NCBI GenBank assembly: GCA_038087875.1
Contig: CM075984.1
Coordinates: 4,402,001 to 4,466,000, forward strand
Direction: 5' to 3'
From: Malacoraja senta
Lineage: Eukaryota
DNA: 64,000 bases
Below are positions 46,636 through 59,713 of the stretch, in pieces. The first letter of the stretch is position 1; the number at the start of each line of letters is the position of its first letter. Both the position numbers and the translations under genes were made by a program. The notes beneath the pieces are model-generated. The model was not told the origin of the DNA, did not search any database, and saw only the letters and a list, made by a program, of their open reading frames with translations.

Positions 46636-49600
46636 TCATGGACACCAGTGACATAGGTAGAACAAGGAAAGAGGTTCTACTGAGGAAATTTGAGCAGCTA
46701 GGGACTAAATTTAAAAGCAAAACTAAACAGGTAATAATCTCTGGATTGCTACCTGGGCCACAGGCAAATTGGCATAAGGTCGAGAAAGATTAAAGAGTTG
46801 AACGCATGGCTCAAAGATTGGTGTGGGAGAAGATGGTTTGAATTTATGGGACATTGGCATCAGTATTGGGGAAGAAGGGAACTGATGGGACGGACTCCAG
46901 CTGAACCCTGCTGGGACCAAGGTCCTGGTGAACTGCATAGCTAGGGCCATAGGTACAGCTTTAAACAAAATAGTTAGGGTGGGGGTTCAACAGAAATGTA
47001 TGAATGAAGTTAAAGGGAAGGAGAGTGCTGGGGAAGTTACTAAAGTCTCTGGAGGAAATAATAGGACAGAAAGTTTAAAGAGGGATAAGAGTCTAAGGTC
47101 AGGCAAAATAGGGACCAATTTGAGAAGAGAGGTGGTGAATACTAAACTAAAGTTGTTACATTTGAATGCGTGCAGCATATGGAACAAGAAGGATAAGTTT
47201 ATAGTGCAGTCGGACATTGGTAGGTATGACTTTGTGGGCATCACGGAGATGTGGATGAAAGAGGATCAGAACTGGGAGCTGAACATCCAAGGATACACAT
47301 CCTATCAAAGACATGCAGGTTGGCAGAAGGAGTGGGGTGGCCCTACTGGTAAAGAATGAAATTCAATCCTCAGCAAGGATGACATAGGATCAGAAGATGT
47401 AGAATCCTTGTAGGTAGAGTTAAGAAACTGCAAGAGTAAGAAGGACCCTGATGGGAGTTATATACAGGCCTCCAAACAGTAGCCAGGATGTAGTGTACAA
47501 ATTACATCAGGATACACAATTGACAAGTAAGAAAGGCAATGTTACAGTGATCACGAGAGATTTCAATATGCAGGTCAACTGGGAAAATAATGTTGGTACT
47601 AGAACCCAAGAAAAGGAATTTGTAGAGTGCCTATCAGATGACTTCTTAGAGCAGCTTGTGGTTGAACCTACTAAGGAAAAGGCAATTCTGGCTTTGGTAT
47701 TGTTTAACGAACTGGATTTGATTAAGGAGCTTAAAGTAAGGGAACCCAAAAGAGGTAGTGACCATAATATGGTAAAATTCAACCTGCAGTTTGAGAGGGA
47801 GAAGATGAAACCAGATATGTTGGTATTACTGATGAGTAAAGGTGACTGCAGACCAGTAGCATGAGGGGCAAGCTGGCTGTAGTTCATTGGAAAGGGAGCC
47901 TATCTGGAATGACGGTGGAACAACAATGGCAGGAGTTTCTGGGAGTCATTTGGAGGATGCAGGATCTTTTCATTCCAAAGAGGAAGAAAGATTCTAACGG
48001 GAGAATGAGGCAACCTTGGTTGACAAGGGAAGTCAAAGACAGCATAAAACTAAAAGAAAAGGCATATAATCTTGCAAAGATTAATGTTAAATTGGAACTG
48101 GGAAGCTTTTCAAAGCTAACAGAAGGTGCCTCAAAAGGCAATGAGAGAAAAGATGAAATATGATCAGCTAGCCAATAATATCAAAGAGGATACCAAAAGA
48201 TTCTTCAGATATATGAAGAATAAAAGAGTGGACATACATTGGAAAATGATGAAAAATGATGCTGGAGAAGTGATAATGGGGAATAAAAAAATGGCAGATG
48301 AATTGAATAGGTTTTTTTGCATCAGTCTTCCCAGTGGAAGACACCAGCAACGTGCCTGGAATTCAAGTGCCTGGAACTAAGATGAATATACTTGGGAAGC
48401 TGAAAGGTCTGAAAGTGGATGTCACGTGGACTGCACCTCAGGATTCTGATAGAGATGTCTTTCGTGATTGTGGAGGCATTAGTAGTGATCTTTCAATCAC
48501 TAGAGTTATGGGCCTGTCCCACAGGCGACTTTTTAGGTGACTGCAGGAGATTATGCAGTCGCCACATGGTTGCCACATGTTCGCGGGTAGTTGCCGGGAG
48601 TCGCCTTCATGGTCGCGAGGAGTTCACGCATTCTGGGAACTGGTCACGGCCTCATTACGGTCACCGCAAATTTTTCACATGTTGAAAAATTAGCGGCGAC
48701 TTGAATGAAATCGCCATGGAGAGTAGCGAGATTTCTTGAGCCGTAGGTGGGTCGCCAAGAGTTCCTAGTGGGTTGCTAGGAGGTCGAAGGTTCTCCAAGG
48801 TTGCAGCCGGTGCTGACCGGTGAATTTCATTGGCTCATTGGGGAAAAAAAGATAAGCAGTAGTTTTCAGAACCAAGGATAACCGACCGGTAATGTAAAAT
48901 GTCCACCGCGCTTCACAGCCGTGTATCTCTGGCTTCTTAAAAGTTGTCTCCACTCCCTCTCCCCACTCTCCCCCTCTTCTCTCCCCCTCTTTTAAAAGAC
49001 TTACCGTACACTGTGCTTTAGCTGTCTTAATTACAGCGCCAACCTTCCTGTTCATCGCGGAGTGTATCTGTTTCACCTTGGCCTTGCACCGTGTGAATTT
49101 TTTTATACAGGGCAAGCGGGGGGAGCGCTGTCTAAAACATTCACACGGGCTGGTGAAGGAAGCGATTTGTTTGTGTGTGTGTTCCACTCTGACAGTCGTC
49201 GTTCCAGTTCCGGTTTTTCAGGCGACTGCCGGCAACTTGACAGTCGCCGGCAAGCCGCTGAAAAGTCGCCTAAGTGGGACAGGCCCTTTAGGAGTAGTCC
49301 CAGAGGACTGGGAAATTGCAAATGTTACTCTGCTGTTCATGAAAAAAGTGAGGCAAAAGAGGGCAAACTGTAGGCCGGTTAGCCTGATGTCAGTGCTTGG
49401 TAAGATTCTAGAGTCCATTATTAAGGATGAGTTTTTCAAGTACTTAGAAGCACATGTTAAAATAGGCTGAAGTCAGCATGGTTTGTGGAGGGGAAATCTT
49501 GCCTGATAAATCTGTTGGAATTAGTTGAAGTAAATAGTAGGATAGACATACGAGAGTCAGTGGATTTTCAGAAGGCCTTTGATAAGGTGCCACAAGATGA

Positions 49601-50200
49601 TAGCCCATGGTATTAGAGGGAAGATACTTGCATGGATTGGAGGTTGGCTGAATGGCGGAAGGCAAAGAGTGGAAAATTTCTTGATTAGTACAGGAGTTTA
49701 TGGGGAGAAGGCAGGAGAATGGGGTTAGGAGGGAGAGATAGATCAGCCATGATTGAATGACGGAGCAGATTTGATGGGCTGAATGGCTGAATTCTACTCC
49801 TATTCCTTATGACCTTATGACCTTATGATCTAAAGGCCATTTTTTCTTTATGGCCGTCAATGCCTAGAAGTGTCCGGCTGGGGTTGGTGTGGTGTCTGCT
49901 ACACTTCACTTTGTATATTAATGATTTGGATGATTAAATTGGTGACTTTGCGGCAAAGTTTGTAGATGATATGAAGGTAGATGGAGGGGCAGGCAGAGTA
50001 GATAAAGCAGGGAATCAGCAGAAGGAAGTGAACAGGTTGGGAGTGTGGGCAAAGAAGTAGCAGATGGAATACAGTGTAGGAAAGTGTGTGGCCATGCAAT
50101 TTGGTAGCAGGAATAACAGCATCGACTATTTTCTAAATGGGGAGAGGATTCAGAAATTGGAGGTGCAAAGGGACTTGCGAGTACTGGTGCAGGATTCGCA
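46636..50200 (+). mobile_element. Old CR1 (ORF1 C-terminus and decayed ORF2) with nested MITE and CR1 tail
   Basis: DIGRTRKEVL..IISGLLP (ORF1); LNACSI, GITE, IYRPPN, GSDHNMV, CRPVSL. Many stops. Confidence 0.85.
48509..49287. mobile_element. PIF/Harbinger-type non-autonomous element inserted in CR1 ORF2
   Basis: TIR GGGCCTGTCCCAC. TTA TSD at 48506-48508 and 49288-49290. Removing it restores FQSLELGVVPEDW. Confidence 0.92.
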
Positions 50201-50202
50201 AT

Positions 50203-50575
50203 AGATATGTCAACAGGTTAAGATTAATGAAGACAAATGTAGGTCCCTTACAGTCAGAAACAGGTGAATTTATAATGGCGAACAAGGAAATGGCAGACCA
50301 GTTAAACAAGTACTTTTGTTCTGTCTTCACTAAGGAAGACACAAACAAATATCCCAGAATACTAGGGGACCTAGGATCTAGTGTGACGGAGGAACTGAAG
50401 GAAATCCACATTAGACAGGAAATGGTGTTGGGTAAACTGTTGGGACTGAAGGCAAATAAATCCCCAGGTCCTGATGGTCTGCATCCCAGAGTACTGAAGG
50501 AGGTGGCCCCAGAAATCATGGATGCATTGGTGATCATTTTCCAAAGTTCTATACACTCTGGATCAGTTCGTGTGG
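50203..50575 (+). mobile_element. CR1 ORF2 fragment running into a gap
   Basis: KTNVGPLQSETGE...KSPGPDGLHPRVLKE. Confidence 0.85.
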
Positions 50576-50775
50576 NNNNNNNNNNNNNNNNNNNNNNNNN
50601 NNNNNNNNNNNNNNNNNNNNNNNNNNNNNNNNNNNNNNNNNNNNNNNNNNNNNNNNNNNNNNNNNNNNNNNNNNNNNNNNNNNNNNNNNNNNNNNNNNNN
50701 NNNNNNNNNNNNNNNNNNNNNNNNNNNNNNNNNNNNNNNNNNNNNNNNNNNNNNNNNNNNNNNNNNNNNNNNNNN

Positions 50776-53427
50776 CATCTCGGTCTTAAAAGTCTTCCCT
50801 CTTATCCTTAAACTGTGACCCCCTAGTTCTGGACTTCCCCAACATCGGGAATAATCTTCCTGCATCTAGCCTGTCCAACCCCTTAAGAATTTTATAAGTT
50901 TCTATAAGATCCCCCCTCAGTCTTCTGAATTCCAATGTGTACAAGCCGAGTCTATCCAGTCTTTCCTCATATGAAAGTCCTGCCATCCCAGGAATCAGTC
51001 TGGTGAACCTTCTCTGTACACCCTCTATGGCAAGAATGTCTTTTCTCAGATTAGGAGACCAAAACTGTACGCAATACTCCAGGTGTGGTCTCACCAAGAC
51101 CCTGTACAACTGCAGTAGAACCTCCCTGCTCTTATACTCAAATCCTTTTGCTATGAATGCTAACATACCATTTGCTTTCTTCACTGCCTGCTGCACCTGC
51201 ATTCCTACTTTCAATGACTGGTGTGCCATGACACCCAGGTCTCGTTGCATCTCCCCTTTTCCTAATCGGCCACCATTCAGATAATAGTCTACTTTCCTGT
51301 TTTTGCCACCAAAGTGGATAACCTCACATTTACCCACATTATACTGCATCTGCCATGCCTTTGCCCACTCACCCAACCTGTCCAAGTCATCTTGCAGCCT
51401 CCTAGCATCCTCCTCACAGCTAACACTGCCCCCCAGCTTCGTGTCATCCGCAAACTTGGAGATGTTGCATTCAATTCCCTCATCCAGGTCATTAATATAT
51501 ATTGTAAATAGCTGGGGTCCCAGAACTGAGCCTTGCGGTACCCCACTAGTCACTGCCTGCCATTCTGGAAAGGACCCGTTTACTCTTCCTCTTTGCTTCA
51601 TGTCTGCCAGCCAGTTCTCTATCCACATCAATACTGAACCCCCAATACCATGTGCTTTAAGTTTGTATGCTAATCTCTTATGTGGGACCTTGTCGAAAGC
51701 CTTCTGAAAGTCCAGATATAACACATCCACTGGTTCTCCCTTATCCACTCTACTAGTTACATCCTCGAAAAATTCTATAAGATTCGTCAGACATGATTTA
51801 CCTTTCATAAATCCATGCTGACTTTGTCCAATGAACTCAGCACTTTCCAAATGTGCTGCTATCCCATCTTTAATAACTGACTCCAGAATTTTCCCCACCA
51901 CCGATGTTAGACTAACTGGTCTGTAATTCCCCGTTTTCTCACTCCCTCCCTTTTTAAAAAGTGGGGTTACATTAGCTACCCTCCAGTCCTCAGGAACTAC
52001 TCCAGAATCTAAAGAGTTTTGAAAAATTATCACTAATGCATCCACTATTTCTGCGGCTACTTCCTCAAGTACTCTGAGATGCAACTTATCCGGCCCTGGG
52101 GATTTATCGGCCTTTAATCCATTCAATTTACCTAACACCACTTCCCGGCTAACCTGGATTTCACTCAGTTCCTCCATCTCATTTAACCCCCGGTCCCTTG
52201 CTATTTCCGGCAGATTATTTATGTCTTCCTTAGTGAAGACAGAACCAAAGTAATTATTCAATTGGTCTGCCATGTCCTTGTTCCCCATGATCAATTCGCC
52301 TGTTTCTGACTGCAAGGGACCTACATTTGTTTTAACTAATCTTTTCCTCTTGACATATGTATAAAAACTTTTGCAGTCAGTTTTTATGTTCCCTGCCAGT
52401 TTTCTTTCATAATCTATTTTCCCTTTCCTAATTAAGACTTTTGTCCTCCTCTGCTGGACTCTGAATTTCTCCCAGTCCTCTGGTAGGCTGCTTGTTCTGG
52501 CTAATTTGTAGGCTTCCTCTTTTGTTTTGATACTATCCCTGATTTCCCTTGTTATCCACGGATGCACTACCTTCCCTGATTTATTCTTTTGCCAAACTGG
52601 GATGAACACTTGTTGTAGTTCATCCATGCAGTTTTTAAATGCCTTCCATTGCATATCCACCGTCAACCCTTTAAGAATCATTGGCCAGTCTATCTTGACC
52701 AATTCACGTCTCATAACCTCAAAGTCACCTTTCTTTAAGTTCAGGACCTTTGTTTCTGAATTAACAAAGTCACTCTCCATCCTAATGAAGAACTTAACCA
52801 TATTATGGTCACTCTTGCCCAAGGGGCCACGCACAACAAGCCTGCTAACTAACCCTTCCTCATTACTCAATACCCAGTCTGCTCTCTCATTGGTTCCTCT
52901 ACATGTTGGTTTAGAAAACTATCACACATACATTCGAAGAAATCCTCTTCCTCAGCACCCCTGCCAATTTGATTCACCCAATCTATATGTAGATTGAAGT
53001 CACCCATTATAATGGTTTTACCTTTGTTGCACGCATTTCTAATTTCCTGTTTGATGCCATCCCCAACTCCACTACTACTGTTAGGTGGCCGGTACACCAC
53101 TCCCACTAGCGTTTTCTGCCCCTTAGTGTTTCACAGCTCTACCCATATCGATTCCACATCCTCCACGCTAATGTCCTTCCTTTCTATTGCGTTAATCTCC
53201 TCTCTAACCAGCATCGCTACCCCGCCTCCTTTTCCTTTCTGTCTATCCCTCCTGAATATTGAATATCCCTGAATGTTCAGCTCCCAGCCTTGGTCACCCT
53301 GGAGCCATGTCTCCGTGATCCCAACAATATCATATTCATTAATAACTATCTGCACATTCAACTCATCCACCTTATTATGAATGCTCCTTGCATTAAGATA
53401 CAAAGCCTTCATGCTTGTCTTTACAAC
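50776..53427 (-). mobile_element. Young CR1 ORF2 (APE-RT), 694-aa open stretch, 3' end lost in the gap
   Basis: ORF 50786-52870 with FADD. The APE part is broken by a CGA>TGA stop at ~53131 and a deletion at ~52880. Confidence 0.94.
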
Positions 53428-53429
53428 AA

Positions 53430-53770
53430 AGTTGGGATGCAGACCAATGGGGACCATCAGACCAGAATCACAAACCAGACTCTCACATTGACTCCATCTA
53501 CACTTCACGCTACCCTGGAAAAGCAGCCAACATAATCAAAGACTTTTCCCATCTGCTTGTCTCTTCTTCTCCCCGCTCCCATCAGGCAGAAGATACAGAA
53601 GCTTGAAAACGTGCACCACCAAGCTCAGAAACAGCTTCTACCCCTCTGTTATCTTCCGAATGGTCTTTCCATAAGCTGGGGTACTGTCTGATTCAGTCTA
53701 GCCCATTGTGGACATTGGACTTTGCGTCTGGAACAGGTGCGCTATAGTGCTGAGAACTATATTCTGCAAT
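53430..53770 (+). mobile_element. Old Rex1-like 3' fragment
   Basis: IDSIYTSRYPGKAANIIKD...[12 protein letters not shown]. Confidence 0.72.
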
Positions 53771-55069
53771 CTTTGTTCTTCTTCACAGGTTATGGTTTTT
53801 GAGCTGAAGGTTGAGGGGAAAATGTAAGTCATGAAATGGATTGTTCTATTAAAAATGTTCCAACAAGTTTGCTCACATCCATCAAACCAGTATAAATACA
53901 ATGCACCCTCGTACCTTTTGGCAATTTTTGCTGAACAGGTAGATGATGCAGTTTCAGGCACAGGATCCCCCTCCCAAATCATTCAACTCAAGAAGACCTG
54001 GCCACCCTGGCATCCAATTGTTTTTCTAGACCAACACAGGTTGAAAACTAAACATTCCCCCAAGTAAAAAGAACAGGAAAAGTCAACGTATTTTGCTCAA
54101 TTCTGTTTGGTATTTCATTATTTTTGTTTCAGATGCACTGCTGTTCCTATTGTGTATCATCTGTAAATTTAGGCAATTTGCATTTTAAGTCTTTGAATTC
54201 ATTTAAATTAGAGACTTCAGTCACCTCAACACTGATCACTCAGCAACCCACTCAGTAGCTTGGTCATCAATTCTGCTCTCACTGAGAAAATTACAGTCAG
54301 AAATGATGCCTGTAACAGTAAAGATAACAAATGTAACATTTATAAGCAGATGATTGAATTGCACCATATGCTGCCCCTTTAAGGGTTTGAAATATCTTGA
54401 ATGATCCAGTCAGTTTGGGGTCTTTTCTTCATTGAGAAACCTTCAGCTCAAGGGGCTACTTGGTACATTGTTCGTAATTAAGATCTTGACAGAATCATCA
54501 GTAAGAACGTCTTGGAGGCATCTCACAATTTAGCAAGTTTACAAACAACCTATCTCTGCAATCAGACAGCAAAAAATAGATTTTGAGTATCTGTCAGTGG
54601 TACCACTGGCTCTTGTTACACTTTGCTAACAAACACTTTATTTGGATCAGCAATTTAATGCATTTTGAATAGAAATGGCTTGCATAAAATAGTTGTAACT
54701 TTCTCTATTTCAACAGCAAACTGGTCTGTCCAAAACAGCTAAAAACAATTTACGGGGAAATTTGCTACTGTTTCATAGTATTTTGTGGAATTTTCCGTGA
54801 TTTCCGAGATGTAGTACATTGCATTTTCCTAAAGTGGTAGAGAAAAAAAGGCAGCTTTAAATCAGATTTGAAAAGGCAGATTTGAATCAAAAGCAGATTT
54901 GATTTGAAACAAAGTCAGATTTGAATGATGTCTACATCAAAACAGGTCTTTGACCTGACATGTTAATTCTCTTTCTCTTTCCACAGATGCTACCTAAACC
55001 ACTGAGCTTTCACACTAACTTATTTTTTCAGTTATTATTTATGAATCAAAAAAAATCTTGTAATCGTGA

Positions 55070-55350
55070 ATTTAGAATAAGGGGTAGGCCATTTAGGACT
55101 GAGATGTGGAAAAACGTTTTCACCCAGAGAGTTGTAAATCTGTGGAATTCTCTGCCACAGAAGGCAGTGGAGGCCAGTTCACTGGATGTTTTCAAGAGAG
55201 TTAGATTTAGCTCTTGGGACTACAGAGATATGGGGAAAAAGCAGGAACAGGGTACTGATTTTAGATGATCAGCCATGATCTATTTGAATGGCTCTAAAGG
55301 GCCGAATGGCCTACTCCTGCACCTATTTTTCTATGTTTCTATGCTTCTAT
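55070..55350 (+). mobile_element. CR1 3' fragment
   Basis: RIRGRPFRTEM..FTQRVVNLWNSLP plus tail. Confidence 0.82.
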
Positions 55351-55529
55351 GGGATGCTGAGCTTCAATAAACCCAGTGCACTATGAGAAAGAAGACAAGA
55401 CAAAATCCATGCATGAGAAGCAAATGGAAAATCAAATTTAAATGCCAACTTTGGCATTTATATTAACTTGGCAAAGTTTTTTTAGGAAAAGGGTTTGATC
55501 TTGTCAGGAAACTGGGCACTATTCTTAGA

Positions 55530-55850
55530 TGATAACATGGCACCTCCTTTGTCGATTTGTTGTGGCTGTAGGCTAGCTGGCATGGAGGCCAGGTCATTAC
55601 TGAGGCAGGAACTGATTGGTGACAATGCCAACCTCTCAAAGCACTTCATCACAATATAACTGGGTGCCATCAGTTGGTAGTCGTTAAGGCACATCATCTT
55701 GCTCTTTCAGTGGAATTGACTGATTGAAATTGACGTCCTATAAAAGCAAGTTGGTACCTCAGACCATTGGTGTGAGAGGTTGAATGTGTCTGCAAAACTC
55801 CAGCCAGTTAGTCCACAAACGGACTGAGAACGTGAACAGTTGCAACATCA
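55530..55850 (-). mobile_element. Old Rex1-like RT fragment
   Basis: CLNDY...IVMKCFERL motif typical of Rex1 RT domain 1. Confidence 0.6.
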
Positions 55851-56159
55851 GGGCTGAGATTCTGCATCAGGACTGACCCACTGACCTCCTCCTTCAGTTT
55901 GTTTTTAAAGCAAGCAAAGACACTGGAGACAGTGGCAGAATTAAGGTTATATTATGTACCGTTACCCATGAGAGTTTCCAGGAACAATGTCAGACAAGCA
56001 ATTTGGTAGCTGTACAGGGGCTGTCAAAGGTTGTAGTTAAGTGATGTGGGGATTATACTTGCACACGTGGAAGATACCATGCTACCTGTGGATATGTCAA
56101 AAAAGTCTAGTTATAAGAAAGAAAGAGAATGTAGGAGCTAACGACAGGGTCCTGTAAAG

Positions 56160-56896
56160 ACCACCAGGGGCGCCGAACGATTGGCAGCCCCGTCAACAGT
56201 CTGTTTGTTTTTTCATCTTAAAAATTTTTTTTAGTACGTTTTAAAAGTTTGTGTAAATGTTCTCTGGTTTGTTTTATTTGGGGGGGGGTCGGGGGTCAGG
56301 GGAAACTTTTTTTTCAGTTTCTAACCTTGCCGGAGATGCGATGTTTCTGGGTCGCCTCTCCGGTCGCTTTGCGGCCTGCCATCGATGGAGTTGGAGGCCT
56401 GGAGGCCTCCTTGGACTGACCTTGGGCCCCACCGTGGGGCGCGGACTTAATATTGGAGCCGATCCCTTGCCTGGGATCGCTTCAGACTTCCCAACAAGAG
56501 CTCGCAGTCGGGAGCGGCTAGTCGGGAACTCCGACAAACACAGAGGCTCGACCAGCCCCGACGCAGTGTTCGATCGCTGGTGCGGGGGAGCTGACATCCC
56601 CCCGATGCAGGAGTTGGATCGCCCCAACACGGAGGCTCCAAAATGCCACCGACTATGGGAGTCAAGATCGTCCCGTCAATGGAGGGCTCGAGGCCCCCGA
56701 GAGCTAAGAGAAGAGATTGAACTTTTTTGGCCTTCCTTCACAGTGAGGAATGTGGAAGAGTCTTTGTAGTGGATGTTTATGTTAAAATGTGTTTTGTGTG
56801 TTCTGTTGCTTTTTATTTGTATGACTGACTTGGCAAACGAAATTCCTCATATGTTGCAAAACTTGCTTGGCTAATAAAGTATTATTGTGAATGTGA
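56160..56896 (+). mobile_element. ~730-bp non-autonomous element with Rex1-like 3' end (copy 3)
   Basis: Starts accaccaggggcgcc and ends aaattcctcatatgttgcaaaacttgcttggctaataaagtattattgtgaatgtga. Confidence 0.78.
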
Positions 56897-57004
56897 TAAA
56901 GCAGGGAAACAGGAGAACCCTTTATTGAAGATCTACAGATTGCTTTCAGGTTAATAATGGATAGAATTTTAGGTTGGCTTCACAATAGGTTCATTGTGAT
57001 CTTA

Positions 57005-57405
57005 GAAACATAGAAGAAAAATAGGTGCAGGAGTAGGCCATTCGGCCCCGAGCCAGCACTGCCATTCAATATGATCATGGCTGATCGTCTAAAATCAGTA
57101 CCCAGTTCCTTTTTTTCCTCCATATCCCTTGGTTCCTTTAGCCCTAAGAGCTAAATCTAACTCCCTCTTGAAAACATCCAGTGAATTGGCCTCCACTGCC
57201 TTCTGCGGCAGAGAATTCCGCAGATTCACAACTCTCTTGGTGAAAACGTTTTCCCTCATCTCAGTCTTAAATGGCCTACCCCTTATTCTTAAACTGTGAC
57301 CTTCTGGTTCTGGACTCCCCCAACATTAGGAACATTTTTCTTGCATCTATCCTGTCCAATCCTTTAAGAATTGTTTATGTTTCTATAAGATCTCCTCTCA
57401 TTCTC
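57005..57405 (-). mobile_element. CR1 3' fragment
   Basis: Reverse complement of the CR1 C-terminus/3'UTR. Confidence 0.85.
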
Positions 57406-59202
57406 CAGATATGCAGCATTGTCAAATGAGTTTTCGCTTTACATTTTTACGTAATGCTTTCATGCATTTAATCCAAACTATTTGCTTTTTCACCACTTGA
57501 AAATGTGGCAAAGTCTTGCTACAGCAAAGAAATACCACTGCCTATCTTAACAGCAGTGACAAGAATGCCTTAGGCATTGTGCATATCAAAGTATACAATT
57601 TGTTAAACCATCATATATTTGCTGCAGTAGGTTATTATTAAATGCTTGAATTCCACAATAACTGAAAATTATGATTTCAAAAATATACTTTTTATTCCAA
57701 TCTAGCAGATTACCAAAATTTGTTTTATAAAGAGATTGTACTAAAACCGAAATAATTATCATCAAATATGTGTTTATATGCTGATATAATGTAAAATTCA
57801 CTGGTCGGAAATCAGCTGCTGTACTGAATCATTCTCCCCCACAGAAGAGTGGTACTACAATTAATTCCAGACTTTTTCCCATTCCCTATTATTTTTTCTG
57901 AGATTTTTCACATTATCCACTCTATCAAATAATAGTTCATGCTGGTGCTCTACTATCTGATGTTATATGACTTAGTCACACATACAGTACACTTACAGAG
58001 ACACTCTAACCCGTCATTACAATTTCACAGGCTTTCAGTAGTCCATTTCCTTGTCTGTCAGCCATTCATTTTCTATAAATTGCTGCGGGAACCAGTAATC
58101 AAACACTACTCATTGGCCTGCAATACCAGGAAAGCTCCAAAGAGACAATAATACGACCTGCCAGCCATAAGGTGAGCTTCTGGTTTTGTTCCAGCATTTC
58201 CCAAATGTTCCCGGCAGTATTGGGCAACTTTTTGTTGTCCGAGATTGAAAACAGCTGCCTGTACATCACCGTAGCCAGACAGAGCTTGACAGCTTCTACA
58301 GTAACAAGATTGTTCTGGGGTTTTTTTCACTCTGTACTTCTGCAAAGACAGTCACAAGCTGAGCACCCTGAAATAATGTTGCGTGCAGTAAGATTTAAGT
58401 TGCAAACAATGGCATAAAGACTGATAAAAAACTTCTCCTGTTATACTGTCTGGATGGGACAAAACCTAGCACCTGGTAACAGCATGGAGCCTACAAACGT
58501 TTGAAGATGGTGATGTTACCCAATGCATGCGCAGGCCAGTGAAATGCTGAGCTATAGTTGCTGAGCTGCTTAGCTGCATACTTTGTCCCGTCCCTGTAGG
58601 AATCTTCTGCATACTGCTGGCTTCGCGGTGGGTGATTAATAGCTTCTTTGTAACTCGGCATTCTAGATCTATTTGGGGTAGCCCCGCAAACCATCAAGCG
58701 GGTCTTCTTACCTTGGGTGCAACCAATCAGAACCAGACCATTGGAATGGGAATCACGACTGAAAAAGCATACTGTGACTCCACAGGATGCTGAATGGCAT
58801 CTTCTGTTTTATAGTCAAGCAGGCTTTTTATTCTCTGAGTTCATGGATTAGGAATGAAGCTTCCCAGCAAACAATTGAAACATCTGTTTTCTTCCTCCCT
58901 CCCTTAAGTAACCCCAACAAACCTTTCTCCTCAACCTCGACCCCCACTCCAGAACAACAACAAAAACCTTGTGTGGATTGGGGACTGTTTGCAGCACTTG
59001 GAGTCATCGTAATTTGTAAAATCAGAGAAATCCATGACTTTTAGAGTTGCTTCATGCGCCTATAGAAGTAGACACAATTTTCTCTGAGTATTCAGCAGAT
59101 GCGATAAACTAGATTATACGTAAATTATACAATCCCTGAAATTTAATAAAGTTCAGAGTTTGTTTTGATGAAGCTAAATAAAAGTCCACCAATTTACTGA
59201 AC

Positions 59203-59515
59203 CTCCCCGTTGGATTGCAACCTTGTCGTGGTCGGGGTGCTTGTGTGTGTCAGTGACCCCTAGAGCTATACCAGCGGGAGATTCGTCTCCTGTTAGGGTC
59301 TCCCATGCTGGACAGGTCGAAGGGTAGAGGCAAGATGAAGAGTGATCCACTGGTCCTCCAGGTTGGAGGTTGAGCACAGGGCTAACAACCCTGTCTCGTA
59401 AAACCAATATGTTACTGAAACAGCAACTGAAGGAATCAACAAGGAGTGTAGGACCTTTGTTGCTGCCCTATATGCCAGGAGGCAGAATAGGCAGTAAGTA
59501 AGTAAGTAAGTAAGT
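59203..59515 (+). mobile_element. RTE-derived bipartite non-autonomous element (RTE 5'UTR fused to 3' end)
   Basis: TSD AATTTACTGAAC at 59191-59202 and 59516-59527. RTE-type ggtcctccaggttggaggttgagcacagggctaacaacc...cgtaaaa and tttgttgctgcccta..gcc motifs. (TAAG)n tail. Confidence 0.88.
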
Positions 59516-59713
59516 AATTTACTGAACATCAGTATGGCATGGCACCAATAGAATTCAGAAATGTCTCAAAGACTTGAGAGGAAACAAGAGGATTTGTTAA
59601 CAGACGTTGTACAGGAAAGTAAATACAATGAATAAAATGGCAAGTTGGTGCAACATCGCCTGCCACGTGATGAGTTGCAAACTGCGCTCCACTGCCGACT
59701 CACTCTCAGAGCA

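Noticed and set aside
50937-53272. Plus-strand ORFs of 90-156 aa opposite CR1 ORF2 (and similar antisense ORFs at 11030-14169)
   Set aside because: They are antisense shadows of LINE coding sequence, recurring only because the LINE recurs.
50203-53427. Head-on CR1 fragments suggesting a twin-priming inversion
   Set aside because: The two pieces overlap in element coordinates, differ in sequence and are separated by an N gap, so they are more simply independent insertions.
54863-54924. Four CAGATTTGA repeats
   Set aside because: Irregular spacing and low complexity; probably a decayed short tandem duplication.
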